A stretch of 64,000 nt of DNA from Patellaria atrata CBS 101060 (lineage: Eukaryota). A program made the translations under genes and the position numbers. Under the pieces are notes generated by a model. That model searched no databases. It saw only the letters and a list, made by a program, of their open reading frames with translations, and had not been told where the DNA came from. The DNA lies in NCBI GenBank assembly GCA_010093705.1, contig MU006098.1, forward strand, positions 696,666 to 760,665. The letters run 5' to 3'. Shown here piece by piece: positions 26,043-37,459 of the stretch (within the stretch, counting starts at the first letter, position 1; every line of letters starts with the position of its first letter).

Positions 26043-26987
26043 CTATTCCACAAATTCATTTGAATCTTCATACTCTTCCTCTTCTTCTTCATCTTCTTCC
26101 TTCTTTTCCGCTTGCATCCCCTCTTGCCAAATATCTTTCACTGCTCCCCAGTACCTCTCTTTATCCCCCTCCGGGCCAATGTGATTTGCATGTCCACTCC
26201 TCTCGAACTTCTCCAATCTGCTTCCCCACTTCTTCAGCTTACCTTCCGCAGCATGCAACTCGACATCAATCCACTCAACCATGGGATCAGCAACGCTATA
26301 GCAGTACAATCTAGGTTTCCACCTCGGGAACATAGTATCGTGAAAAAGCTGTTTCCGCATCAGTACGACTGGATTTTCCCTATTCCTAGCCCAACCTAAG
26401 AAGGATAGGAGAGAGAGCAACAAGTATACAAGCGCCACGAGAGGATAGTAGATGACCAAGCTCTGTGGTAGAGAGAGCAACATCGCATCTGCTGTTGCCC
26501 AAAATTCTCCACTGCCGGGAGAGCTATCCAGTACGGTTGCATCCACTGGTAAAGGATCCTGAAATCTAGTACGATAGGCTGAGGCAAGCAGACACGTTTT
26601 CAGCGCACCGCCATTGGAGAAGAGATGGAGCAGGATACCCGCATCAGGTTTTACGGTCACGGTGTCCTTGATGATATTGACAGCTGGGGAGACACTAGCA
26701 TAAGCAGAGGTATCAGACCGGAGAAGCATATTGTTCAGGAGTTCTAGGAGATCAGAGCGTAGTAGAAGGATGCGAGCGGAGGGATAGGTGGTATGGTAAT
26801 AGGAGATGTACTTTGCGATATGTTTAGAGGCGGCATCGGCCCAAGTCGCGAGGATTATGAGAGATGGTGATGAAGGAGCATCCGGTGGGGGAGAGGCGAG
26901 AACCTCATTTTCCGGTTCGTACAGAAATATTGAGCTGCTGAGTCGTTTGAAAGCTGCGAGGGGAGGAGAGGAAGTTGGTGAAGGCAT
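26043..26987 (-). CDS. DUF829/TMEM53 (PaxU-like) alpha/beta-hydrolase-fold protein
   Basis: LIILATWADAASKHIAKY, HLFSNGG, VLDSSPG, RLYCYSVADPMV, SGHANH; single exon with an acidic tail. Confidence 0.85.
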   Translation of the reverse strand: MPSPTSSPPLAAFKRLSSSIFLYEPENEVLASPPPDAPSSPSLIILATWADAASKHIAKYISYYHTTYPSARILLLRSDLLELLNNMLLRSDTSAYASVSPAVNIIKDTVTVKPDAGILLHLFSNGGALKTCLLASAYRTRFQDPLPVDATVLDSSPGSGEFWATADAMLLSLPQSLVIYYPLVALVYLLLSLLSFLGWARNRENPVVLMRKQLFHDTMFPRWKPRLYCYSVADPMVEWIDVELHAAEGKLKKWGSRLEKFERSGHANHIGPEGDKERYWGAVKDIWQEGMQAEKKEEDEEEEEEYEDSNEFVE

Positions 26988-27698
26988 GCGACGGGTATAA
27001 CCGGATCACCGTGATGACGGTGAGAATCTCGTGAAAACGGTAAGGCGGATTTATGCTTAAATCTCTCTTGTGGAACGTGAAAAACGTGTAAAAGGTATTT
27101 TTAAATCTTCTTGAACGACCTCAGAACCTTTACTTCAATCCGTGAAATTTCTTCTCGAGATTTGCTCCGGACTTTCAAGTATAGCTGCTGCAGCGGCACA
27201 GTTACAGTGCGTTGCAACTGTCTTCATGCGGCTAGCATCAGCCTGGGTTTGTCCATGGGTAAGACTTGTCAAGTTTTTGACAGTTGACTACAGGAAATAT
27301 CAAAGTCATACTCGAGGTATCGATTATAAGGTAAGTCTGGTGTAAAGAGAATTGGGGAGCGCGGAATCTCCGGATGAGGATTCTTCACGCGCTAGAATGC
27401 TATCTTGCACAAAAGTGCGCACAAATCTGCATAAGCCTAAATAATACGGGTCTAAATCCTCCTCCACCAGCTTCGGATTTCTGCGGAGGCTGTACGAGTA
27501 CCGACGTGAATACAAACAGAAAAACAGACATCTCGCGATACATGGCACCGTGAGACAACGAGCAACCTCGTACGGCATCTTATAGCTCAATCATTATAAT
27601 GTACTTCTTCTTCTTCCCTTGAAGAGAGGCAAAAAGATATGTTCACCTAGCTCCCAAGTACAACATTCGTGAATACGCCTGTCGCGTCTCAAGTCTCG

Positions 27699-29558
27699 AT
27701 GCAGAACAACCAAGGCTTCCATAATTATGACGGTCCAGACGATGAAGAGGCTTTTCTTGATGGTACTACAGAAACATCTCGACTTCAAATTGGAGGATTC
27801 GATATCGACGACCTATCATCCCCTAAGCGTACCCTGCAGAAGTGGCCCGTTTTGATACACCTCTACAGCCTTTGCAATTCAGTTTTAGATTGGGCAAAAG
27901 GTCCTAATCCGCCAAAACAGTTTTTCATCTTACCGTGGTTCCCTTCAATCCATCAAGTTCCTCAAAATCTTATAGATCGGTACTTCCCTACCCGTAAGGG
28001 GAAGATTTGTCTACTCCTGCTATTCTATCTGCTCTGGGTAGCAACTTTCAGTTCTACTTACATATTCTGGAAACATTCCCCGATTATACCAGATTATGGG
28101 ATGACACTGAAGCAGTTAAACTGTGGTACTTCCCTATTTTACCCCCGTAATGAATGTGGCGTTGATGGTGAAGACTGCAAGCCCTTCCACGGTACTTTTG
28201 GGTTCAGATGCCCCCCAGGATGTAAGCAGTACAGACTACTTAATCCTCGTACTGTAGGTGTCCACGAAATTAACTATCAGCCCATGGTTGTTGGTGGGCC
28301 TATCTATCGGGGTGATTCATTCATCTGCGCGGCAGCGCTCCATGCGAGTGTCATCACGAACTCGGAAGGAGGTTGTGCTGTGGCTTCTCGCGTGGGTGAA
28401 CATACCGGATTTCTGAGTAGCACGCAGGACAATATCAACAGTGTAGAATTTAACTCCAGCTTCCCTTTATCATTCAAATTTCGAGAAGGATCCCAAAGAC
28501 CATGCAATGGCAGGAACTTACAGTGGGATATCCTCGCCATTTCTCTCCTGTTCTCCGTCATACTATCCCTCTTCGTTGCATCCCCTTCCGTATTTTTCTT
28601 TTCCACCTTCATCACCACATTTGTCCATGTCGGTCTCGTCTCAGACCCTCCACAGGATGGCGTATTACCCCTTGCGAACCTGTTTTCCATCCTCCTTGGT
28701 CGCTTACTTCCAGCGACCTTCTGTGCAGTTGTGCTTTATTACATCTGCATCAAGCGATCGCTCATGGATCTTGATGCACATATCGATACAACCGTTCTTT
28801 GGCTAGGTGGGTGCTGGTTCGGAGCCTTGACGAATTATACATTCGAATGGATACCCATTTCGCGGCTCACATCCCATGACCTGGAACATCAGCCAGGCGC
28901 CAAACTTGCTCTCGCACTTATCATACTCGTCATTATCTTCATTGTCTTCCAGCAAGCCTACTATTTCCGACTCGAAGGACGACTACTGCAGCAATTGAGT
29001 TTATATGGAAGCATCATACTTGTAATCTTAGTCGCGCTTGTTCTTCCTGGTCTGAATCTCCGAATTCACCACTACATCCTTGCTCTTATTCTGTTGCCGG
29101 GAACCAGTATGCAGACTCGCCCGTCCTTGCTGTATCAAGGCCTTCTAATAGGACTTTTCATCAATGGTATCGCGCGGTGGGGCTTTGACTCGGTGCTCCA
29201 GACAACAGAAACACTTCGGGGTGACGGTCAATTCAATTCTCTTCTTCCAAATATTTTAGCCCCTACGATAACTGTAGGGAATGCTTCGAACATCACTTTC
29301 TCTTGGCCCAGTCCAGAAATACAGCTGGGACTTGACGGCGTAAGCGTCCTAGTCAACGATGTTGAACGCGCCCGCAAATACTTCCAAGACAACACCAGCG
29401 ATGACAACAATCACTTCACCTGGACAAGAGTTCTCCTGGAGCCGGAATATTTCAGGTTCGCATTTCTAGCAGATGGGAGAACGCTTGATTATACCAAAGC
29501 AGGAATGTGGCACGTCGATGGGAGTTGGCAAGAGATGAAACCGGGTCCGAGTAAATGA
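27699..29558 (+). CDS. Fungal LCCL-domain multi-pass membrane protein
   Basis: ECGVDGEDCKPF, FRCPPGC, YRGDSFICAAALHASVI..GGC (LCCL domain), multiple TM helices, LRIHHYILALILLPGT, NGIARWGF. Confidence 0.9.
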   Translation: MQNNQGFHNYDGPDDEEAFLDGTTETSRLQIGGFDIDDLSSPKRTLQKWPVLIHLYSLCNSVLDWAKGPNPPKQFFILPWFPSIHQVPQNLIDRYFPTRKGKICLLLLFYLLWVATFSSTYIFWKHSPIIPDYGMTLKQLNCGTSLFYPRNECGVDGEDCKPFHGTFGFRCPPGCKQYRLLNPRTVGVHEINYQPMVVGGPIYRGDSFICAAALHASVITNSEGGCAVASRVGEHTGFLSSTQDNINSVEFNSSFPLSFKFREGSQRPCNGRNLQWDILAISLLFSVILSLFVASPSVFFFSTFITTFVHVGLVSDPPQDGVLPLANLFSILLGRLLPATFCAVVLYYICIKRSLMDLDAHIDTTVLWLGGCWFGALTNYTFEWIPISRLTSHDLEHQPGAKLALALIILVIIFIVFQQAYYFRLEGRLLQQLSLYGSIILVILVALVLPGLNLRIHHYILALILLPGTSMQTRPSLLYQGLLIGLFINGIARWGFDSVLQTTETLRGDGQFNSLLPNILAPTITVGNASNITFSWPSPEIQLGLDGVSVLVNDVERARKYFQDNTSDDNNHFTWTRVLLEPEYFRFAFLADGRTLDYTKAGMWHVDGSWQEMKPGPSK

Positions 29559-29723
29559 TATCTAAACCGATGATAATCAAATAGAGGAGAATAATTCATC
29601 TCGGTTACTAGTTTGTCTTTGACATTTTTGAGAGGTGTACTGGTCCATCCAGTACGTCACCCCTCAATCCCTCGTCAAAGTTGCCCCGCCGTGCCGCCTT
29701 GAACGCCCATCTCCATCTTCATC

Positions 29724-30236
29724 ATGCTTTCGTCTGGAGGTGTGATTGCACTGAGCCCCTCGACGACTATTTTCACTGCTACTACTCGGCAGCTCTCTGA
29801 AACAGACACTGTGGTGTCGGGTGAAGGAGCTGACTGTTTACCAGATCCATCGGTCCCGCATGTCCTTATTGTTGACGACAATCTCATAAATCGCACAATT
29901 CAAAGCAGATACCTACAAAAGCTCAATATCCCTCATGTTGCAGTAAGCAATGGAGTTGATGCTGTCATTGCATTCCAATCTATGTCTCTAACCTCTTGTC
30001 CGTTTACTGTCATCAACATGGACTGGTGTATGCCTGTGATGGATGGGCCTCACGCAGTTCAACATATTCGTCAATATGAGAGTTCGAGAATCAGATTGAA
30101 ACGCTCTCGCATCGTGGGCACGATATTTCAACAATCTCAAATGACGGAGTGGAAAGATATCGGGGTGGATGATTGGCTACTTCATCCGATCAGCTTTCGT
30201 ACCATTCGCGCCATTTTGGGAATCCCTTCTGCGTAA
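29724..30236 (+). CDS. Stand-alone response-regulator receiver (CheY-like) domain protein
   Basis: HVLIVDDNLINR, SNGVDAV, INMDWCMPVMDG, GVDDWLLHP; no kinase or output domain in frame. Confidence 0.7.
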   Translation: MLSSGGVIALSPSTTIFTATTRQLSETDTVVSGEGADCLPDPSVPHVLIVDDNLINRTIQSRYLQKLNIPHVAVSNGVDAVIAFQSMSLTSCPFTVINMDWCMPVMDGPHAVQHIRQYESSRIRLKRSRIVGTIFQQSQMTEWKDIGVDDWLLHPISFRTIRAILGIPSA

Positions 30237-30668
30237 TTGAAGAGAGAAATCGGATGGGAAGAAGATGCCACATTAGAAGTTCGCAACGGATCCCTCCGTG
30301 CTATCGATCTCACTTAAGGGTTATATAATTTCGGCCTACTTCATTCAAGCTTTATTGATCTTGTCGGGAATCATGGTATCATTTATGATTGAGTTGATAT
30401 CTCCTCCATTATCCCAACAAGATCATGCTCCAGTACAACATAGTTAAGTCAAAGGATCTACGCAAAGTACAACTTGGATCTCTATGAGTACAGAAAGAGC
30501 AGTATATGTGGGTCTGTACAAATCTCATGAGCTTCCTGTAGGAACTAGGAAGTGCCCACCCTGGCCGAGCTTCTATAGCGTTATTAATTTGTGCACATCC
30601 GTAGAAGTCTGTGGATAAGTCACCTGGGGGGACCTATCATGTCATTCCATTCTGCAAAGATACAATCC

Positions 30669-31652
30669 TTAGGCCCAAGCATCAAACCACTTGACTGCTT
30701 GCCAGAAAGCTTCTTCTTTCGCGAATTTCTGTCTCGGATCAGATATATTAGCTCGCACCCCGAACCCATGGCTAGTTCCACTATAGAGTGAAGTCTGATA
30801 TGTATTTCCAGTTTGCATTAACAAATCTTCCATCTCTCTTCTTTTCGCTGGGGTCAATAACGTATCCATTTCTAATATTCCGTCGTTAGCAAAAAAGGGT
30901 TACAACCATTAGTCATTTCCAGAGATCTTACCAGCAGCAGCTACGCTAACTGGACCATCTATAGACGTAATCTCACTGTTTTCAAGGAGACTTGGATGTG
31001 CAGCGAATCCGGCATCTGCTCCTTTCCCTGCAGCAATGAATCGAAACACGTATTTCCCGCCAAAGCAATATCCCGTTACAGCGATCCTCTCAACATTGAG
31101 GGTATCTCGCATATACGTGATTGCTTTAGCAACTAACGGATCTGTAGCCTCAGGCCCATGCTGTGCAAGGAACTCTGTCGTGTTAAAACCGGGAGTATTA
31201 AGATCCTCGGGAGCAGGTTGACCATTGAAGAGATCAGGAGCAATTGTGAGAAATCCGGCCCTTGCGAAACTATCTGCCAACCTGGTAGAGAGTTATTTAT
31301 CTTGTTTCCTTACAGAGGAAGCTTGTTAGGAAAACAAACAGTCTATTCTCATTAAGTTGGATACCAAATACGTCGGTCAGATACAGGACAGCGACATTGA
31401 ACTTGTTACCCCTCGGCTTTGAGATATACAAATCGACTATCGGGATTATGTGTCAACAAGCGTATCGCATGTTATGGGTTCAACCTGACTCGACTTACTT
31501 CCATTATGTGCCTGGACGACTCCTATTGGTGTTCCAGTGTGTTGAATTATTGAGGAATCTGCACGTTGACAGGATGCATTCCGATGGTTAGGATATGCGT
31601 AGCCAGTATTCAGGCTCAAAAAGCCTATGAAAAGTGCAATTAAAGACATCAT
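30669..31652 (-). CDS. Dienelactone hydrolase family protein with signal peptide
   Basis: Hydrophobic N-terminus; LYLTDVFG, ADSFARAGFLTIAPDLF, GYCFGG nucleophile, AAHPS, SGTSHGFGVR. Four exons. Confidence 0.9.
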
Positions 31653-33256
31653 GATTGGCTATTGCAGTCTTATTTCTGGAGTAAAGAGAAAGAGATGAAT
31701 GAGGGAGTACCGCAGGCTCTTAATATATGGACCAGACCAACATAACAGGGCCTAGGTATTGATGTGTTAGAACCTTTTTGATCTACTTTGTTATGGATAA
31801 ATGATAAATTGTATGACAACACATAGTGTTTTTAAGTTGAACCAATGATATCATTGAGTATTACCAGGAACGGAAGCACTGTAGTTAGCGAGCCGAAAGT
31901 GTACTTCTATTCCGTACCTGACTCCCTTTTCTTCCATCAAACCTCGCAAGACAAACTGGTTATGGACGCCACTCGCATTCGGGTTTCCTATTCCATTCAC
32001 TGTAGGCTCATCGAAGGGTTGGATTCATTACTAACTTTCGGTACTAGTGTTCTCCTAAATCCGTGCACGTCTATTCCTCTAGAATCTACCTAATATCCTC
32101 GTTTCGCTTGCTTTCTACGAATTCTTATGAGTCAAAAAGACATTGATTTCTAAAATCACACTCTGCTATAAACTTAAAGCCCAGGAGCTGTCAATATGGA
32201 GAGATTGCTTTCAGCGATGAGAACTGGGCTCATTTGTTACATACACTATTCATACATTTCCGAATTTCCTTCTCTTATCCCCGTTCGCCTTCTTTGCTAG
32301 ATAGTCAATACGGGCAAGTTGAATCATATGGCTTCTATAATGAATCAACGCGGCCTGAACCGGCAAGGATAGTCAACAATGTCTCGTTGGAACGGGATCT
32401 TCTCTTTCCCAACGCCGATACTTACACCCTTACATTAGGTATATCCTGACAAGTACGGGCTGTAATTCAGATTCATCGGTCTTCTGTTCTTCCCTTTTCT
32501 ATCTCTTTTGCTTTTCGCCCTTGTTTCTATTTTACTTCGCTCGAATACCTTGTCTAATCAATGTTTCTGCTAGTATCTAGTCAGACCGAAGAAAGAAATT
32601 GCTCTCTAAGGATCAATAATTGTTCAGCTCCTCTAGAGTTCGTGGTGTGCCTGAACTACATTTTTGGATCTTTGCAGTAAACTAATCACTTTCGCTGACG
32701 CAGCGTGGAGGGCCCCACCATAGCAACACACCCTAGCTCTCTCAGACACCCAAACACGAAGCCGCTTGCTTCCTGTTATCACATCTGCTGGATACATAAT
32801 CTCTCTTAAACCATCTTCGGCTCAACCAAGTGTTGTCCTTCTCATTAACCATACTGTACAGCTCGAGTTGTGTCCTAGGAATCGTGATTGTCAGAAAGAT
32901 ATCTTACCTCTTCTTTTGTCGGGACTCAATCTCGAGTTGCTGTACGGAATACACCAAACTGTTCAATTTCTAGATTTAAGTTATCCATATCATTTTAACA
33001 GTTTGAATTGATTTGCACCTGTAAATCAATCCCTATAGTCTGCTCGTTCAGTATAGCCTACTACTTACTGTACTTCAGTACTTTGTGTACAATTTGCTTA
33101 TTTCGTATACCCCAACCCACTTCTACAGTTGGAGATTCTTACCGTTCGAGAGTTTTGTGAGATAGTGTCTGACAACGTTTCAAAGATAATTACACTGAAT
33201 TAGGAATTTCTATTAACGGGTTAAGGAGAAGGAAGTGGACAAAGTCGACAAGAAAG

Positions 33257-34411
33257 ATGGACCATCCTCGCTCCCACGAGGAGCTATCTAAGCTCAACAT
33301 TTTAGACCTCGAGTATAAATCCGTAAGAACGCAATCTGCCTCTACAGTTAGCCTCCGTGTTAACCTACTACATCTAATTCACGTTTTAGGAAATTGAAAA
33401 ATACCCAATGCCAGACCTGGGAATAGACGTACTCACTATACGAGAAAGACGCGCCATCCACTTAGCGAACCTCCGCCAATACCTCCCCTACCCAGGCCCT
33501 ATCCCCGAAGTCTCAGAGCGCGATATCCAAATTCCCACGCGCGACGGCACCCAAATAACCCTTCGCATCTACACTCCCGATGCCTCCCGCGTCCCCACCA
33601 CCGGCAGCCCCCTCTACGTCGCCTACCACGAAGGCGGCTGGTGCTTCGGCGACCTAACCGACGAAGAGCTAAACTGCCGCACCTTCGCCAAAGAATTCGG
33701 CGCCGTATGCGTCAACGTCGAATACCGGTATCCCCTCGCTCTCCCCTCATCCCCCCCACCCACCTACTAACGAAGAAACCCAGCCTCGCACCCGAACACC
33801 CCTGGCCAACCAGCATCCACGACTGCCACGACGCCCTCACCTGGATCGCCAACAACGCCTCCCTCCTCGCCGCCAACCCATCCGCGGGCTTCATAATAGG
33901 CGGCGCCTCCGCCGGCGCAAACATCTGCGCCATCCTCTCCCACCTCGCGCGGAACTCACGTCTCTCGCCCCCTCTAACCGGTATCTGGCTCTGCGTGCCC
34001 GCCGTCATGCACCCCTCCACCATCCCCTCCTCCCTTCGCCACGAATGCATCTCCTGGGACGAAAACCACGACGATCCCGTGCTCTCGGTCCCTGCTGGCT
34101 CCGTGCCCTACGAGCCCTTCACGACGTGGGTCGGGTGCACGGACGTCGCGAGCCCGCTGTTCAGTCCCGGCGCCGATCCGACGGGGCATGCGGGACTGCC
34201 GCGGACATATTTTAGCGTGTGTGGAATGGATCCGTTGAGGGATGAGGGACTGCTTTATGAGCGCTTGTTGAGAGACCAGGGGGTCGAGACGAGGTTGGAT
34301 TTGTATGGCGGGTTTGGACATATGTTTTGGATGAATTATCCGCGGATGGGGAAGAGTCGCGCGTTTTGGGGGGATGCGGTTGAGGGGCTACGGTGGCTTT
34401 TGAGGGGGTAG
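33257..34411 (+). CDS. Alpha/beta hydrolase-3 (HSL-family) lipase/esterase
   Basis: YHEGGW, VNVEYR|LAPEHPWP, GGASAG nucleophile, GMDPLRDEG, GFGHMF. Introns 33323-33389 and 33728-33783. Confidence 0.9.
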
Positions 34412-34559
34412 GATGGGGGTGTAAAGATTCCAGAGATAGCGTAGTACAATGCCTACTATTCGAAAACACCCCCGAAAAAATCAAGGAGCGTACCTATCGC
34501 CTCAACCCCCACCCTCTCCCAAAAGAGCTCGCACGCAGAACCGCACGTCTCCCCGACCC

Positions 34560-36251
34560 TCACCTCCCCCTCAACTTCTCCCTCTGCCCCTCCCAAAAAT
34601 TCCAACATCCCTTATGCCACCCCAACCCCTCAACCCACCACTCCCCAAACGCATCCAACACCCCCTCTTCCCCCGCGACCCTCTCCTCCCTCCTGAGCCC
34701 ACAAACCCCACACGCTGCCCCCGGCACCCCTCCCTCCTCCTCCCCCAACCTCCTCACCCCAATCCGCTCCCCAATCTCCGGGACCCTTGCTTCCAGCACC
34801 CCTAGCGCAGCCGCGGCGCTAACCACGCTTCGTAACCGTCCCACCCGACCCCGCCACGCGTGCACGACGTCGAGGGCTTCTCTGTCCTCTTTGTTCGTTT
34901 CGAATTTATCGATGCTTCTGATTTTCATCCCGCCCTTGCCACCGCCTTTGCCGCTGATACCAGATGCAGCGCTTATACTCATACTCCCTGCTAACATACC
35001 ATCCCTTTTCCACCGCATCTTCCTTCCCGCTAGAATCCGCGCGGCGACAACGCCGAGAGCGAGGTAAGCGCGAAGGAATTCGAGGATGCGGGGGTGGGAG
35101 AGGATGGCTGGCTTGGTTTTTGCGGGCAGGGTGGAGAGGGTGTGCAGGGTTTGTTGGGCTTGGGTGAAGAGGGGGGGGAGGAGGGAGAGGAGGAGGGAGG
35201 GCGGGGGGATGTTGGGTTGGGGGACCGTGGGAGCGGGTGAGTGGTTTGGAAGATCGGGGAGGGGGAAGGGGAGGGGATTTTCTTTGGTGGGGGAAGTGGT
35301 GGGTCGGGCGTCGATGTCATCCCAGGGGTCGTCGTCGGAGGTGGAGGGGATGTTGAGAGTGGATGTGAAGGCGCGTGGTTTGAGGGTTGATGCTGCGGGT
35401 TTGGGGGCTGAGGAGGGTTTGGACGCGTTGGTGGGTGTGGGTTTGGTGGTGTTCTCGAAGTCGTCCCAGAAGGAGTTGTCGTTGATGATATTTGGTTCCT
35501 TGACTAGGACTTGGGTGGAAGGGATTGGTTTACTTAGCGATAGGATGGGTGCGGAGGTTGGAGAGGGTTTCTTCGAGGGGTTGACGGTATGCTTACGAGA
35601 GCTGTTGAAGTCGTTCCATCTCGCATCGTCGTCAAGGATGTTAAGTTCCGTAGAGGGGAGGATGGAGGATGGCGGTTTAGGAGTAGAGCTAGATCTAACA
35701 AAGGAGTTTTGCGTTGTCTTTACTGGATTCTCGGAAGTCGGTTCAGAAGCATTATTAAAATCATTCCAACCGGTATTATCGTCCAAGATGTTGAGTTTCC
35801 CGCCCGGGTGCTGTTGCAAGGGAACAGACTGCACTTTAGGCGGAGACGAAGCAAAGAAATCCATGCCAGCGAACGACGACACTAGTTCTGGCTTTGATAT
35901 TTCCTTCGTTGTCCGAACGGGTGGAAAGGACGATGCAGACGCAGGCGGAGGTCCACTACTCATATCTAGATCTATCAAATCCAAGAGACTACCTTGCATG
36001 CTCCCCTGTGTCGTTGGAGGATGCGCGGTTGAAGGTGATAACATGTTACCCGAAATAAGAGGAGTATCTTGGGTCTGAGCTGGCGCCGAAACCGGTGCAG
36101 GGCTTGCATCTTCAAAGTCTCCAAAATCATCCTCCTCTTCAAAATCCCCGAAGTCATCCTCAACATCGAAAAGTACATTTGGATCACGGGGTTTCTTAGA
36201 CGGACCAGCATCCATTGAAGAGAAGAAGTCGTTAAGGTCCCTAGTTGACAT
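34560..36251 (-). CDS. Conserved hypothetical Ser/Pro/Thr-rich protein with repeated acidic DDF/W motifs and a C-terminal Cys/His cluster
   Basis: Long single ORF; DDFGDFE x2, LNILDD..WNDFN repeats, ILAGRKMRWKRD, CGVCGLRREERV..WWVEGLGWHKGCWNFW. Confidence 0.75.
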   Translation of the reverse strand: MSTRDLNDFFSSMDAGPSKKPRDPNVLFDVEDDFGDFEEEDDFGDFEDASPAPVSAPAQTQDTPLISGNMLSPSTAHPPTTQGSMQGSLLDLIDLDMSSGPPPASASSFPPVRTTKEISKPELVSSFAGMDFFASSPPKVQSVPLQQHPGGKLNILDDNTGWNDFNNASEPTSENPVKTTQNSFVRSSSTPKPPSSILPSTELNILDDDARWNDFNSSRKHTVNPSKKPSPTSAPILSLSKPIPSTQVLVKEPNIINDNSFWDDFENTTKPTPTNASKPSSAPKPAASTLKPRAFTSTLNIPSTSDDDPWDDIDARPTTSPTKENPLPFPLPDLPNHSPAPTVPQPNIPPPSLLLSLLPPLFTQAQQTLHTLSTLPAKTKPAILSHPRILEFLRAYLALGVVAARILAGRKMRWKRDGMLAGSMSISAASGISGKGGGKGGMKIRSIDKFETNKEDREALDVVHAWRGRVGRLRSVVSAAAALGVLEARVPEIGERIGVRRLGEEEGGVPGAACGVCGLRREERVAGEEGVLDAFGEWWVEGLGWHKGCWNFWEGQREKLRGR

Positions 36252-36768
36252 ACTGCTTAGATTAGTCATATGATTTAGACTCAATAGATAATTCATCAAT
36301 ACCTAAAACTTTTGAAATTACTGATATATACTGTGGCAACAGGGGTATGAATACTGGTGGTGGAGTTTAGGGATGGAAGTTGTTCCGAAGCGGATTAGTT
36401 TCAGAGCTTCGGAATAATACCGGAAAGACTTTCACTAACCAATAGGACTAGAGGTAGTTCGTCTCAAGGGAAGAAATGAATATGGATGATTCAACGATTC
36501 TACATCGTTTCTATCTAATATGTGCATTCCAAAGACCAATATCTCTCTTCTCTGAACGGCTGAGAGTCCAACCTTTCACATCTTTGACACATCAGTCTGG
36601 TATTCCATTAGAATGAGACACTACCATATTCGCGTCTTGAGGAACATACCCATGTAACTTGTATGATGTGCTACCAACGGAGAGTATTATGCTCAAAGCC
36701 TACATAAGCTGCAACATAGCTCTATTTGAGGCGTCCGATATCTGCGTCCTTCCTTCTCGTGCCCTATT

Positions 36769-37459
36769 CTATGCGAAGCCAAACCATTTAACGAACCCTA
36801 TCACAGCCCAGTTCACAGCCAGCCAGCCCATGACCGTCCGAACGACATCCGTAGCCGTTATTGCGTTATTATAACCCTCGACGAACGGTACCTTCCCCTT
36901 CGGCCGCCAGAAATTGGCGATGAATCTCTTCGTGGCGAGGAGATGTAGGACGTTTGAGGCACATATACCAGCGCCGAATATGGGTCTCATGGGATATAAT
37001 AGGAAATAGGTGCATCCGATGGATAAGAGGAACTAGATGTAAACAAAGTGGTTAGTCAAGGTTATGGATTGTGAATGTTGTGTCAGAGGGCCTATTATCG
37101 TCTTCCCCGTCATGGTTGGTAGGCCTCGAGCTCTGTACGTTTTGGTAAACAACTGCTGCTACATTGTGAATAATGCAGGAGGCGAAAATATCCAGACGGG
37201 GGAAGAAGTGCACCCAGTCCAAACTATACAACAAAAAAAACAAGCCCACACGCTCCGCTCAACTTACAGCAAAAACACCGCTCGCCTGCGTAGTCCTCGT
37301 CTTCCTCAGCTGATGCGCAGCAGTACCCGAATACCTCGCCGCCCTCTCAGTCTGTTCCTCATACTGACGAACGTTGGTTATGGCGATGAAGGAGAAATAA
37401 AGACCATAGGCGCTCAAAGCAGCCTGGACGCTATATGCTGCGGGAAGAAGGAAGCTCAT
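36769..37459 (-). CDS. Small conserved fungal membrane protein of unknown function
   Basis: Exon 1 (37459-37268) encodes YEEQTERAARYSGTAAHQLRKTRTTQASG. Intron 37033-37267; exon 2 in frame with FWRPKGKVPFVEGYNNAI. Confidence 0.75.

Noticed and set aside
35086..36078. Long antisense ORFs (330 aa here; also 9181-9837, 34393-35067, 17770-18387)
   Set aside because: Shadow frames of GC-skewed real genes on the opposite strand.
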